Part shown: piece after piece, positions 12,608 to 26,076 of the stretch | How the letters are laid out: the number at the start of each line of letters is the position of its first letter | Numbering within the stretch: position 1 is the first letter of the stretch | Source: Octopus sinensis | Lineage: Eukaryota | Assembly (NCBI RefSeq): GCF_006345805.1 | Contig: NC_042998.1 | Coordinates: forward strand, 183,582,001-183,646,000 | Direction of reading: 5' to 3' | Length of the DNA stretch: 64,000 nt | Notes under the pieces: generated by a model | Told to the model about the DNA's origin: nothing | The model's input: only the letters and a program-made list of their open reading frames with translations | The model's database searches: none | Program-made: the position numbers and the translations under genes

Positions 12608-13364
12608 TTAAACTGGGAGGATCGTGTCTAGTTTATGTTTGTCCATGTTAGAAACATAAAACCAGTAGAGCAACCAACAAAACTGACATTGTGGGGTTTA
12701 ATTATCTCTCTTTACATTCCAAGTTCAAATTGCACTGAAATCAATATTTCATCCTTAAGGAGCTAATAAAATAAGCTCCAGGCTGATGATTTGTAAACCT
12801 TGTGTCCGTATTAAACATCATTAATTATCAATAATTACCCAATAACTGTTTATCACTATGTTGGTTGGTTTGATGGATGGATATGCCATTCAACAACTGT
12901 GTATAAGTGACTAGTTACATATGTATCAAACTTTGTATATGATTTCAGATCTACATACTTGCATTAAATACTACAAAAGTTGACATTTGTCATCTTATGA
13001 AGGCATTAAGTTGTAATTCCAAATGATTTCCAAGTAAAAGGGGCAGGAGCATGAAATCTATGCCCATCCTAATGGTATTAATGGAGTACATGAAAGGAAA
13101 TAATTATATTCATTAATCAAAATTAGATTGCTGATTAGGATTCACAAATTATCAGCATTACAACCTAAGTTAATATCATACTAAATTCAAATAGGTTAAC
13201 TAGACATTAACTTTATATTTATGTATACATATATACATACACACTCACACATGCATATACATTCACATATTTACACATATACCTCTCTGTATGTCTCCCT
13301 CTCAAACACACATATATATTCATATATACACACACATTTTTAAACACTCATACATACACATATA

Positions 13365-14642
13365 TCAGGTCATCCCATAAGTTCTGTCCGAATTTTGAAT
13401 AAAGAAAACAAGTGATCAAATGTTATATTTAATTGAAATTTACTCATCATTGTATTTTCCCTGATTATCTATGACTTCCTTCCATCTATTTACAAGCTTT
13501 TTAATCCCATCAATGTAAAACTCTTTTGGTTTCAAAGTGAAGAACTCTGAAATGTCAGTTTCGACCTCCTCCTGGCTTGCGAAAGTTATGTCCCCGCAAA
13601 TGATTCTGTAAACTATGAAACAAATGGTAGTTTGAAGGAGCAAGGTCGGGTGAATAAGGTGGATGAGGAATTTTTTCCCATCCAAGTTCTTCGATCTTCT
13701 GTGATGTAATCTTTGCATGTGGGGTCGTGCATTGTCCTGATGAAACATCACTCCTTTTTGATTCACTAAAGCGTGTCTTTTTTTCTTCAAAGTTTGGTTC
13801 AAACGTTCTAATTGCTAACATTAGACTTGAGCATTGATTGTTGCATTAGGTGGTACAATTCAAAGTGAATTACTCCTTTGCAATCCTACCAGATAGGGAG
13901 AAGAACCTTTTCCTCATGAAGTTCCCTTCTTGGTTGTGGTTGAGCCTTTTCCCTTTTACCAAGCCACTGTTTATGACGTTTAACATTTCAATAGGAGATC
14001 CGTTTTTCGTCACCAGTCACAAGTCTATCCAAAAAGGGTGAAATGAGTTCATGAGAATAGAGAGAAGAGCAGATGTAAACTCGGGATTTGCGGTTGCTTT
14101 CAGACAATTCATGAGGCACCCATTTTCCAAGTTTAGGAACCTTTTCAAGTTGTTGAAGATGACGATAAATAGTTTTATGGTTTGAACTAAGCTTTATTGC
14201 CAATTCTTCAACTGATAATGCAGGATTTTCTTGAAGTAATGCCTCAAGGAGCTTATCATCATGCTCAACTGGACGTCCTGTTCAATCTTCATCTTCAAGG
14301 CTGAAATCTCCAATTCTGAATTTTGCAAACCATCTTCTGCAAGTTCTTTCATTCAAGCATTTTTTCTCATAAACTGAGTGTATGTTTCAAGTTGCTTCGG
14401 CTGAAGAGTTTCCTTTTTGTACTCATAAAGTATTATGTGCCTCAAATGCTCTTTGGATACTTCCATGTTAGAAAGGGTTTTAATCAAAGAAATTTTAATT
14501 CTATTATTCTGTAAAATAATATTTAATTAGTTTAAATGTACACAAATGCATAAAAATAATTCCATTAGACATTCTAAAATACTATTAAATTTCATTCAAT
14601 TTTAAAAAAGGTAAAACGGACAGAACTTATGGGACGACCTGA
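13365..14642 (-). mobile_element. Full-length mariner transposon (1278 bp), inactivated
   Basis: TIRs tcaggtcatcccataagttctgtccg / cggacagaacttatgggacgacctga (one mismatch), TA on both sides, internal transposase. Confidence 0.95.
13440..14466 (-). pseudogene. mariner transposase with frameshifts and stops
   Basis: MEVSKEHLRHIILYEY start; WVPHEL, VTGDEK, HQDNARPH and YSPDLAPSNYHLF motifs spread over several frames; last catalytic D appears as N. Confidence 0.93.
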
Positions 14643-15409
14643 TAAAAATGTGTATATATACATATGTATAAATACACACATATGTGACAAGGCTGACTCT
14701 TTGAATTACAGAGTTCATGTGTCAAGTTGCCACAGTTTCTGCAAATCCATTTTCACTCACATGGTAAAGAATGATCCAAAAGTATGGTGAAAGATGTTTG
14801 CACAAGACACCATGGTGCAGGATTGAACTTGGAGCTTCAGGATTTCAATGCCATACCTGCATTCAAACACAAACACTTATGCCAGCACACACAAACACAC
14901 GTATACACACATACATACGCTCTGTAAAAGGGTTGGCGTTAGGACAGGTATCCTGCCATAGAAACTGCGCCAAATCAGACAATGGAGCCTGGCTCAATCC
15001 TATGGCTAATACTACTACTACTACTAATAATAATAATAATAACAATGATAATAATAATCATCATCATCATCATCTTTTAATGTCCACTTCAACTCCTATC
15101 AAATATCCCACCCAATCCAGCATAGAAAACGGACATTAAATGATGATGATGGTGATGATACTCATGCATGTATAAATGTACATACGTACGCTCATATAGT
15201 CATAAGCGCATGTTATATAAGAAGAAAATTGAAGAGAAAAAGTTCAGGGATTGGCACACATGTGAGCATGAGTATGTGGATATATACAGGTGTATTCTTT
15301 TGGAGTGAAGGGTAGATGATCGTGCAAAGTGTGTGATATTGCATGGTAGTGAAACATCAGTATTGAATGCAGATAATGTGCAAAAGCTGGAAAGAAACAA
15401 GATAAGCAT

Positions 15410-15770
15410 GCTCAGCTAGATGCGTAATTTTAGTGTGCACAAATGACAAGGCACAGAAAAGCTGACTGAAGGGGGGAAAAAAAGGGTATGAGAGCAATCA
15501 AATGTAATGTGCAAGAAGAGAAAAGGACTGTGCTGATAGGGAGATGTGATGCATACGGAGGATAACAGTTGGATAGCAAAAAGAAGGAGAAGAAAGAAAG
15601 AAAGATGTGATCCAAGTAGAAGGAACCTTTGGAGAAGAGGAAGACTGAGGAAGAGATATGGGAAGAAGAGGTGAAGTCTGGTCTTGGGAAGCTGGATGAC
15701 AAAGCATTGCAACATGTGATAAGATGCTGTGTTGGGGAAAAGTTGTCCAACTCATATAAGCTTATGAAAA
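15410..15770 (+). mobile_element. RTE-type LINE 3' fragment, highly decayed
   Basis: Parallels the 17760-18300 RTE segment (CNVQE.., DVMHTEDNSWI, VEGTFG). Confidence 0.55.
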
Positions 15771-15970
15771 CAACCATAGAATTATGGTGACTTTATGTGT
15801 GTGTGTGTGTTTGTGTGTATGTATATATATATGTATATATATATTTGTGTGTGTACATGTATATATATATATATATTTGTGTGTGTATATGTATACATAT
15901 ATATATATATGCATATATATATTTGTGTGTATATGTATACATATATATATATATTTGTGTGTGTATATGT

Positions 15971-16004
<34 letters not shown>

Positions 16005-16015
16005 CATATATATGC

Positions 16016-16210
16016 ATGGCACCTGTGCAGGTGGCACATAAAAAGCACCCACTACACTCACGGAGTTGTTGGCGTTAGGAAGGGCATCCAGCTGTAGAAA
16101 CATTGCCAGATAAGACTGGAGCCTGGTGCAGCCTTCTGGCTTCCCAGATCCCCGGTCGAACCGTCCAACCCATGCTAGCATGGAGAACGGACGTTAAACG
16201 ATGATGATGA

Positions 16211-16212
<2 letters not shown>
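16016..16212 (+). mobile_element. Family C element
   Basis: Near-identical to 25890-26076; (GAT)n tail; embedded in compound (TA)/(TG) microsatellite (~15795-16425). Confidence 0.85.
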
Positions 16213-16247
<35 letters not shown>

Positions 16248-17084
16248 CATATATATATATGCATATATATGCATATATATATATATGCATATGCATATAT
16301 ATATATATGCATATGCATATATATATATATGTATACATATATATATATATGTATACATATATATATGTATACATATATATATATGTATACATATGTATAC
16401 CCTTTTGTATACATATATATATATATGAGAGAAGACAGAGGGTAGTATCAAACTGATACTACTCTCTGTCTCCTCTCAGATTTGATAAACTAGCCTATAA
16501 ATTAAAACTGACCCCTCACCACAATAATTAAATCTAAATAACAGAAATAATCAGTGATAAGCAGTGTCATTTTGTGAAAAATCTCAGTTGTAACTGTGAT
16601 GTTGTTGGTAAAACATGTTCTTTGTCTATCGCCTTATCCTCTTGGAGATTTTGAATAAAATTATACTAATGAGTCCTTTGAATTCAATTAAATCCTATAT
16701 TTTTGTGCAGCTGAAGATTGCTCAACATTTTAAATTGATGTAATGATTGCACTGTTCAATTAAATAGAGTCACATGAAACAATCGTACTGCATTACCTCT
16801 GGATATCCTTGTTGACTATTTTGATTATAATCACCTTATTTTAAATTGTATGGATAATAACATACTAAATTCTGGTGCCTTCAACTTAAGTACCATATTC
16901 ATCTGAATCTAAATTTTTACTGAACTTATATATATATATATATATATTATACATATGTATACATGCATACACATGCATGCATACAAAGAATACGTATCCA
17001 TATACACAGATATATGTATACACACTACAAACAGATACCTGCATATTCATCACATGATACGTATATAATTATTCACACTTATAT

Positions 17085-18300
17085 CATTTTTTATCTATCA
17101 TAGTTCTCCAGGTCATAACACATGAATTAAAACTGGATGCCCATGGGAACTACTATATGCTGATGATGTTGTTCTTATTGCAGAGTCTGAAGCAGAATTG
17201 GAGAACAAGTTCAGGGTTTGGATGCAAAACCTGGAATCAAAGGGCCTTAAAGTTAACTTAGCTAAGACTAAAGTTGTTGTTAGTAGAAAGGAGATAAGAC
17301 TCTCATTCCGGCTGGCAAATGGCCATGTTTAATATGTATGAAAGGAGTGGGATGTAATTCCATTTGCTGCACCGAGTGTAACCTATGGATGCATAAAAAA
17401 TGCAGTGGAATCGTGGGATGATTATCAGATAAAGTTGCTTTTGTGTGTGATAGATGTGCAGGAACAGTAAGTACTAAGAGCACGAGGGACTTAAACTCTC
17501 TCAAATGCGCAGGAGGCTCTTTTGAGGTTGTAGATAGTTTCTGCTATTTAGGTGACCAAATTAGTAGCAGTGGTGGATGCTCTGAAAGTATTGTTTCTAG
17601 AATAAGAATAGGGTGGAGGAAGTTCAGGGAACTACTACCTGTGTTGGCAGCAAAAGGACTCTCTCTGAGAGTGAAAGGTAGGTTGTATGATGTTTGTGTG
17701 AGAACAGCTATGTTACATGGTAGTGAGATATGGGCTCTGACTGTGGAGGATATGTGTAGGCCAGAGAGGAATGAAGGTAGTATGCTCCGTTGGATTTGCA
17801 ATATCAGTGTGTATGACCAACAAAGCACAATTGTGTTGAGAGAAAAAATAGGCATAAGAGAGATTATTTATGCAACCGATTGCGGCCGTTTGCCTGCCTG
17901 CTCTGGCCCCTTTACCAGTGGCACGTAAAAAACACCCACTACACTCACGGAATGGTTGGCGTTAGGAAGGGCATCCAGCTGTAGAAACACTGCCAAATCA
18001 GACCAGAGCCTGGTGCAGCCTCCATGGCTTAGCAGACTCCGGTCGAACCGTCCAACCCATGCTAGCATGGAAAACGGACGTTAGATGATGATAATGAGAG
18101 GAGACTGTGTTGATTTGGACATGCGATGCATATGAGTGAAGACAGCTGCATACAGAAGTACCTGTGGAAGAGAGAGACCCAGGAAGACATGGGATGAAGT
18201 AGTGAGGACTGATCTTAGGATGTTGGGGTTCACGGAGGAAATGACAGTAGACTTAGATGTTTGGTGATATGAGGTCCTAGGGAAGACTCGTTCATGAAAC
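17085..18300 (+). mobile_element. RTE-clade LINE, 5'-truncated RT fragment interrupted by a family C insertion (~17873-18095)
   Basis: TGCPWELLYADD (YADD 17156-17167), KGLKVNLAKTK, FCYLG, AMLHGSEIW, then RRLxWFGH and RPRKTWDEVV after the insert. Confidence 0.92.
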
Positions 18301-19069
18301 TGAGTGCTAGAAGAGTTGTGTCCCACCCACATGTAACAACACACTTTTCACCCACTCTACCCTAAGAAATCAAACAACAACTCCTCTTCTAACTGCATCT
18401 TTCTCCTCATACATTACGATTGTTTTCCAATCCCCTTTCTTGCTCTCACTGCTGTGCTCACTGCACCACTGCTTCTCCCACCACTATACCTACTCCCTAT
18501 TTTCTAACCAAGTTCTACACTCATATTCTTGTTACTTCTGAGTATACCCTAGCACTACATCATCTCTTTTCTGCTCTCTCTTTTGTTATTCACTCATTCT
18601 CATTTAATTGTATATATTTTAATTGTTTGTATTTCTTTATTCACCATAAGGTTGAGAAAAAGAGGGGACAAAACAAACGTTGGGGTCAGGGTGAATAAAG
18701 AAATACTCTTATACTTTTGCTATATCCTACTTTCTCTCTTTCCCTTTGGCCACTCTCTCTCTCTCTCTCTCTCTCCTCTTGTTTTTTCTCCAACTAGGTA
18801 ACCAAGTATCACCTTTACATCAGCACACTTATTTCTGACCTCTTTCTGTACCTTTCTCTCACTGGGTAGCCATATACCTCCTCTGTAGCAAGACACCTAT
18901 TTCTGTCTCTCTATTTCTCTGTTACACTCTAACCTTTCATCATTTGATATTGGATCACCTCCTCTGTTGTGACAAACCACCTGCTTCTGTCTCTCTGTTT
19001 TTATCACACTCTTTTATCCTCAAACACAAATGCCCTGCCCCTCTCATAATTCCTTGTTTTGTGAGTTGG

Positions 19070-19380
19070 TTTGTACTTGGTTACCTTGCCAGTGCTGGTG
19101 TCACGTTTAAAGCATCCAGTCCACACTGTAATGTGGTTAGTGTCTAGAAGAGCATCTAGTTGTAAAAATTTTGCCAAAACTTCAACTGTGTTAGTGCCAT
19201 GTAAAAAGCACTGAATCCACTCTGTGGAGTGGTTGGTGTTAGGAAGGGTATCCAGCTGTAAAATCCATGCCAAAACAGACACAGTAGCCTTGGGTAGATT
19301 TTTTAGCTGGGTGACTCCTGTCAACTGCCTTATCCATGTAGCATGGAAGATGGACATTAAATGATGATGATGATGATGAG
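19070..19380 (+). mobile_element. Family C element, decayed
   Basis: ggagtggttggtgttaggaagggtatccagctg..ggacattaaatgatgatg. Confidence 0.7.
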
Positions 19381-19821
19381 AGAAATGTGAGTAAATAGAT
19401 AGATGCATGTTTTCAAATTTTCTGACACCAGAAGGATGGAAGCAAAGTTGACCTTGGAGGAATTCAAGCTCAGAATGTAAAAGGCTATAACTAAATACTG
19501 CAAGGCATTTTGTCCAACATTCTAACAATTTCTCCAAAACTACCACTATTGTAGTAGTAGTAGTAGTAGTTGTTGTTGTTTTTTAGTTAGTTAGTTAGTT
19601 AGTTAATTTGGCTCAAAAGCAAATAGCAATGCCATGTAGGGGAACATGGAGTTAAGTACAGGGTGGTGTTCATGCAAAGAGTTCAGGCCACTTGAGGTCA
19701 AGGGAGGCTTTGAACAAAGCGGTCGTCGGCATCTTCACCATCTCGTCTGGCAGCTTGTTCCACGGATCCGCAACCCAGACGGAGAAAGCTCCCCTCCTTC
19801 GATTGAGGTGAAATCGTCAGG

Positions 19822-20021
19822 CACAAGGCCTGAAATTTTAGGTGGAGGTGGAGGTAGTCAATTATATTGGTACTTAATTTATCAACCCTGAAAGGATGAA
19901 AGGCAAAGCTGACCTTGGTAGAACTTGAATGCAAAATGTAAAGTCAGATGAAATGCTGCTAAGCATTTTGCCTGTCATGCTAATGATTCTTTCAGCTCAA
20001 AGCATTAATAATAATAATAAT

Positions 20022-20067
<46 letters not shown>

Positions 20068-20565
20068 TAATAATCACGTGATCACATGACCGACCAGACC
20101 ATCAGATGTTGCTACACATCACTGGCCACAATGCGTTCGCATTGTTTTAACCTTCAACGCCACCCCGCTGGCTAAGTGAGCAGGCCAATAGAAGAAAGAG
20201 AGAAAGAGTGGTGAAAGAGTACAGCAGAGATCACCACCCCCTGCCGGAGCCTCATAAAGCTTTTAGGTGTTTTCGCTCAATAAAAACACACAACGCCTGG
20301 TCTGGGAATCGAAACCGCGATCCTACGACTGCGAGTCCACTGCCCTAACCACTGGGCCATTGTGACTCCACATAATAATAATAATAATAACAACAACGGT
20401 TTCAAATTTTGGCACAAGTTGATTACATCGACCCCAGTGCTCAACTGATACTTATTTTCTGAACTCCATAAGGATGAAAGGCAAAGTAAACCTCAGTGGA
20501 ATTTGAACTCAGAATGTAGTGATGGACAAAATACTGCTAAGCATTTCATCCAGCTTGCTGCCTTA
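19822..20565 (-). mobile_element. Cluster of family B (19822-20003, 20395-20565) and family D (20075-20370) SINEs separated by (AAT)n
   Basis: Reverse-complement matches to other copies in the window. Confidence 0.75.
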
Positions 20566-23265
20566 ATAAATATCCTTTCTACTGAAGACACAAGCTTGCT
20601 GTCTTAAATAATAATAATAATAATAATAATAAAGACACAGAACACTGAAAACAACAAAAAAATTATCCTCCCTCTTGCAACAAGGAAAAATATATGTAGC
20701 ATACACAGAATTCCACATCTACATAAAACATGCTGCATACATTTCAGAAGTGCATTTGGTGATGCAGTATAAATTTGTAGGTAGGAAGCAATAATTTAAA
20801 ACAACTTTTTTTCCCCTATTTATGCAGAAAACTATCTCTTACAGAAGATATAACTGTCACAATGATTGTCCACTGAGCACTATAAATGAAGAAGCCTCAA
20901 AATAAAGATAGGTAGTGTTAACAAAATACAGTTGCATATTAGATCATCAAAATCCTTTGAGAATGTTGCCGTCCAATGCAATCATAAGATAAAGAAAAGA
21001 AGACTCGATGAAAAAAAAAATAAGTGTCTGTGAACTAAATGATATTGTAATATCTGGAGAGAAAACTAGTCAAAGAACAAGAAAAAAAGTTATCAAGATT
21101 CTTACAAACATGTGGTCACTAAATGATTAAACAAAAATGTAAACTAATATATAGAGCAGAATGACCCTAAAAAATTAGGGGGGAAAATACAACAAAAGAC
21201 AAAAGAAAAAACAACAAAAATCTACTTAATTAGAAACAAAATACTAAGAGATCTGAATAAAGCAGGAAGTGGTATAAACATAAAAGGCTTTAGGACACAA
21301 AATTACTTGTAATTTACTCCTAAATGTAGAAAGCTCTAGTATTAGATTCTTGAACTGGGGAAAGAGGATAATGGTTTCTTTTGATGATGATAATGATGGT
21401 GATGATAACAATAATTGTTTCTAGCATAGTCACAAGACCTGAAGTCTAAGGGAGGAATTACTTGGTTAAATTGACTCCCAAGTACTTGACTTGTACATTT
21501 ATCAACCCCTGAAAGGATAGTTGATTACACCAACCTTAGTACTTGACTGGTACTTTATTTCATCAACCCCCTGGAGGGATGAAAGAAAACTGACCTCAGC
21601 AGCATTTGAACACAGAATCTAAAGCTGTAATTAAATACCTTAAGACATTTTGCTACTCTAATGATTCTGACAATCCACCATTCCAATAATAATAATAATG
21701 ATAATGATGATTAAGATGATGATTTGTGATTTAGGCAACAGTGCCAGCAATTTTGAAGGTAGGAGTTAGTCAATTACCATTTGATTGGTGCTTTATTTTA
21801 TCAACTCTGAAAGGATGAAAAGTATTTGTATTAACTCTTTATGTACTGAATTCAAATCCTGCAATTCATTTTTGTTTTCACACTCTTATGATTCTGCCTA
21901 CCCGCTGTCTTTAAAAAGGATTTGAACTCAGAACATAAAGAACCGGGCCAAACTTCACAAAGCATTTTGCCCTATGTTCTAATGATTTTTTCCAATCTAC
22001 TTCCTAATAATGAGAATAATAATAAATGCACTCTGAAAAAAAATTCACTCATTGCTCTTAATATTTTGTATGTTGGAGTAATCTACTCATTCCCTTTCTT
22101 TCTTAAACACTTGATATGTTTAATTAACCTTCTATGCACAAGACACATTTAACAACTTACTCAGGTTTCAGTCAATATATTGACAAACATTGTCAACAAG
22201 AAGCTTCAAAGCTAAAACTTTTGAAAGAGAACTTTTTTTTTTTAAGATGAAGCATTCTTTTTATTTTCTCTATTGTTTTTATGTTTCTTTTTTTTTGTCT
22301 TCTTTTTGCTTTTTCAGGAAAGAAATTCTAATATCCAGATGGCTCCAAGTATTCAAAGAACAAACATCTTAATGATAATCATTTAACCCCAACCTGCGAA
22401 ACAAAACTAGCAACATGAAACTCCAGCTATTAACATCCCTACACAGTATATATATATATATATAACCCATGCTTCCTCATCCATGGAAAACGGACGTTAA
22501 ACGATGATGATGATAATGACATATATATATATACACATCTAATGTAGGATAAAATATTTTCGAAAAAAATTTTATCAATGGCCAGCATATTAAAAAATAC
22601 CTTTAAAGGTTAAATTTATAAATTTATAAGTTATTTATATATATATATTTATATATATGGGCCTGGTGCAGCCTCCTGGCTTCCCAGACCCCAGTTGAAC
22701 CATTCAACCCATGCCACCATGGAAAATGGACGTTAAATGATGATGATGATCATCATCATGATCTTTTAATGTCCATGTTCCATGCTGGCATCCAGCTGTA
22801 GAGACCATGCCGAAACAGGCAATGGAGTCTGGTACAGCTCCTGGCCTTGCCAGCTCTTGTTAAACTGTCCAACCCATGCCAGCTTGGAAAAACAGAAGTT
22901 AAATGATGATGATGATGATTCACACTTGGAGTGTTTAACAATAAATTTAAAAGTCAATTAGAGCTATGACAATAGCAATGTGAAGGAACTAGAATGAAAT
23001 GGTACAATTTAGAATATATATCATACAAAACATACATATATAATAGCTTAATCCAAGACATAATATTATGTTTTGATGGATTCGGGCCAGATCACATCAG
23101 CCAGAATTGAAACTCAGTGATTTCTATTGATATTCTTATATGTATATATGTATGTATGTATGCATGTGTGTGAGTATAGATATTCAGTAACAGTACTTTA
23201 AAGTAAAGACTATTTGCCAACATAATGTAGCAGCCCTGGATGGGATGAATGCTACTGTATATGTG

Positions 23266-23305
<40 letters not shown>

Positions 23306-23321
23306 CACACACATACATACA

Positions 23322-23532
23322 CAGGGTGATTGAAAAGTAATATCCTATTTTAAAATACTAATAAATTATATATTAATTGTAAATTTTTAAACAATTCTTT
23401 GTGTTCGCTTTTTGAAGTATAAATAAAACTTCATACTAAAAGCTTTCCTCTCATATCCATTTTTTTTCTAAAAATTACAATTAATAAATAATTTCTAATT
23501 ATTTTAAAACAGGAAGTTACTTTTCAATAGTG
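23322..23532. mobile_element. Tc1/mariner-derived MITE
   Basis: TIR cagggtgattgaaaagtaatatcctattttaaaata / tattttaaaacaggaagttacttttcaatagtg, followed by TA on the right. Confidence 0.65.
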
Positions 23533-23814
23533 TATATACATGCATCATTGTCATTTTGATGTCCTCTTCTCCATAATTGCATGAGTCAGAAGGAGTCTAC
23601 TGTTGTAGATTTCCTACAGCCCAATGCCTTTCCTGCTGCCAAAAACTCTTCTGTTTCCAAGGAAGGTAACATTTCCTCTTGGCCAGACATGATTTAGCAG
23701 AATATTAGAAATGAATGACACAGCTTGTATGACAGTGGCACTCATTTACAACTATTATGCAATGTGAAGACAAGGAGACACAGACATACACACATATAAT
23801 ATATATATATATAT

Positions 23815-24197
23815 GTAGTAGGAGTGGCTGCGTGGTAAGTAGCTTGCTTACGAACCACATGGTTCCGGGTTCAGTCCCACTGCGTGGCACCTTGGGCAAG
23901 TGTCTTCTACTATAGCCTCGTCCTGACCAAAACCTTGTGAGTGGATTTGGTAGACGGAAACTGAAAGAAGCCCATCGTATATATATATATATGTGTGTGT
24001 GTTTGTCCCCCCAACATCACTTGACAACCGATGCTGGTGTGTTTACGTCCCTGTAACCTAGCGGTTCGGCAAAAGAGACCGATAGAATAAGTACTAGGCT
24101 TACAAAGAATAAGTCCTGGGGTCGATTTGCTCGACTAAAGGCAGTGCTCCAGCATGGCCACAGTCAAATGACTGAAACAAGTAAAGGAGTAAAGAGT
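23815..24197 (+). mobile_element. SINE family A, full length
   Basis: High identity to 6347-6745 and 54010-54413. Confidence 0.88.
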
Positions 24198-24424
24198 TCA
24201 AATTTACAGAAATCAAAAGACAAAAGCAGGTGAAGGAACAACAAGCAGGTGTATTGGGAAGAATGGAAAAGCCTTTGATGTATCAAGCCTATACTTTTCA
24301 GTAGAATGGATTGAGAGGAATAAAAAAAAAAAAGAGAGAGAATGAAAAAATATGGAGAAAGAAAAAAATGTGTAGGGATTATTGGTTCATGTATGTATAC
24401 ATACGTACATACACATAATGGTGG

Positions 24425-25015
24425 GATTCTTTCAGTTTCCATGTTTCCATTAACCAAATCCACTCACAAGGCTTGGGTTGGCTTGGAACTACAGAAGAAG
24501 ACACTTGTTCAAGGTGCCATGCATGGGGACTGAAGCCAAAACCATATGATTTGGAAGTAGACTTCATAACCACATAGCCATGCCTGCACCTAAATATGTA
24601 TACACACACATACATACACATCTATATGTACATACATATATAAACATACTCATACACACACATCTGGGTCACCATATCTTTGCATAAAATTGACCAAACA
24701 AATGCTAATATATATTTTCTATGGTGAACCTTTACTTGCTTCTCTAATTCTCTATGAAAACATTTCTCGTAAAGTGTTGGAAATGAATGGCACTCATTCA
24801 CAACAATCATGCGACATCAAGACAAGGACACACATTTATTATATATATGTATTTATAAGACAGGCTGCTTTCAGTTTCTGTCTGACAAATCCATTCATAA
24901 GGCTTTGGTCAGCCTGGGGCTATAGCAGAAGATATGTGCCCAAAGTGTCACACAGTGGGACTGATCCCCAAAACCCATGTGGTTGGGAAGCAAACTTCTT
25001 TTCACAAAACTACAC
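24425..25015 (-). mobile_element. Two decayed family A heads (24425-24590, 24860-25015)
   Basis: Reverse-complement tttcagtttcc..ccaaatccactcacaaggc..accacatagcc motifs. Confidence 0.65.
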
Positions 25016-25020
25016 CTATT

Positions 25021-25060
<40 letters not shown>

Positions 25061-25295
25061 CATATATATATATAATAAAATACAAAATGGGACAAGAACG
25101 CAAAACATCCAGACAACTAGGTGATACAAAAAGGGACAACAAAACATCCAGAGAGACGATACAAAAAAACACAGACGGGTCATTCGAAGCCTTTTATCTT
25201 CAGTCAAGAACCGGATCATCCTCGCAATTTCAGCTGATTAATCTTGAAAACATTGTTCTCTCTTTCTGTATATACACATACACACACTTACATGT

Positions 25296-25326
<31 letters not shown>

Positions 25327-25480
25327 AAAACATAGATATACACACATATGCATACATATATGCACACATACACATATACAATCACACACACACACATTGA
25401 TAGTAGTTCATATATCTGAAAAAGAAGCGCATTCTAAAACATTAGAACAGTTATGTTTTTTTAGGAATGGCCAGTCAGAC

Positions 25481-25630
25481 AGTAACCATTGGTCTCACAC
25501 CTATAAAATGCTTAGCGATTTAGGTGACATCTTCCTCTACTTGTAGAGAGGTTATATACCTATGGCCATTTGAATCTGAGAGGTTGCCTATACAGCAAAG
25601 TACATTATAGGTGTGAAACCAATAGTCACT
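25481..25630. mobile_element. ~150-bp MITE-like element
   Basis: 26-bp imperfect inverted repeats agtaaccattggtctcacacctataa (25481-25506) / ttataggtgtgaaaccaatagtcact (25605-25630). Confidence 0.55.
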
Positions 25631-25754
25631 TTATGACCAGACATAACATTTATTTTCCTAAACATTACTGCTCTAATGCTTTAGAGTGTGCTTCTTTTTT
25701 GGATAAGTTAACACCAACATCAAAATAAAAATCAAATGGAAATTGTAGTTAAGA

Positions 25755-26076
25755 TACCCGTGGCAGTGACACGTAAAAAGCACCATCCGAACGTAGCTGA
25801 TGCCAGCGCCTCCTAACTGGTGTCCGTGCCGGTGACACGTAGAAAGCACCAACCAATTGTGGCCGTTTGCCAGCCTCCTCTGGCTCCTGTGCTGTGGCAC
25901 GTAAAAAGCACCCACTACACTCACAGAGTGGTTGGCGTTAGGAAGGGCATCCAGCTGTAGAAACAATGCCAGATCAGACTGGAGCCTGGTGCAGCCTCCT
26001 GGCTTCCCAGACCCCAGTCGAACCGTCCAACCCATGCTAGCATGGAAAACAGATGTTAAACGATGATGATGATGAT
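25755..26076 (+). mobile_element. Family C element, long form
   Basis: Includes internal ~55-bp sub-repeats (ggcacgtaaaaagcacc) and the (GAT)n tail. Confidence 0.85.

Noticed and set aside
15762-16456. Many overlapping YIYI/CVCV/HTHT ORFs (also 5464-5803, 27133-28435, 30729-31519)
   Set aside because: Translations of dinucleotide micro- and minisatellites, open in several frames on both strands.
25080-25250. Minus-strand CTGAAGA..CGAA as another hammerhead
   Set aside because: Stem II and the GAAA/NUH elements could not be paired convincingly.
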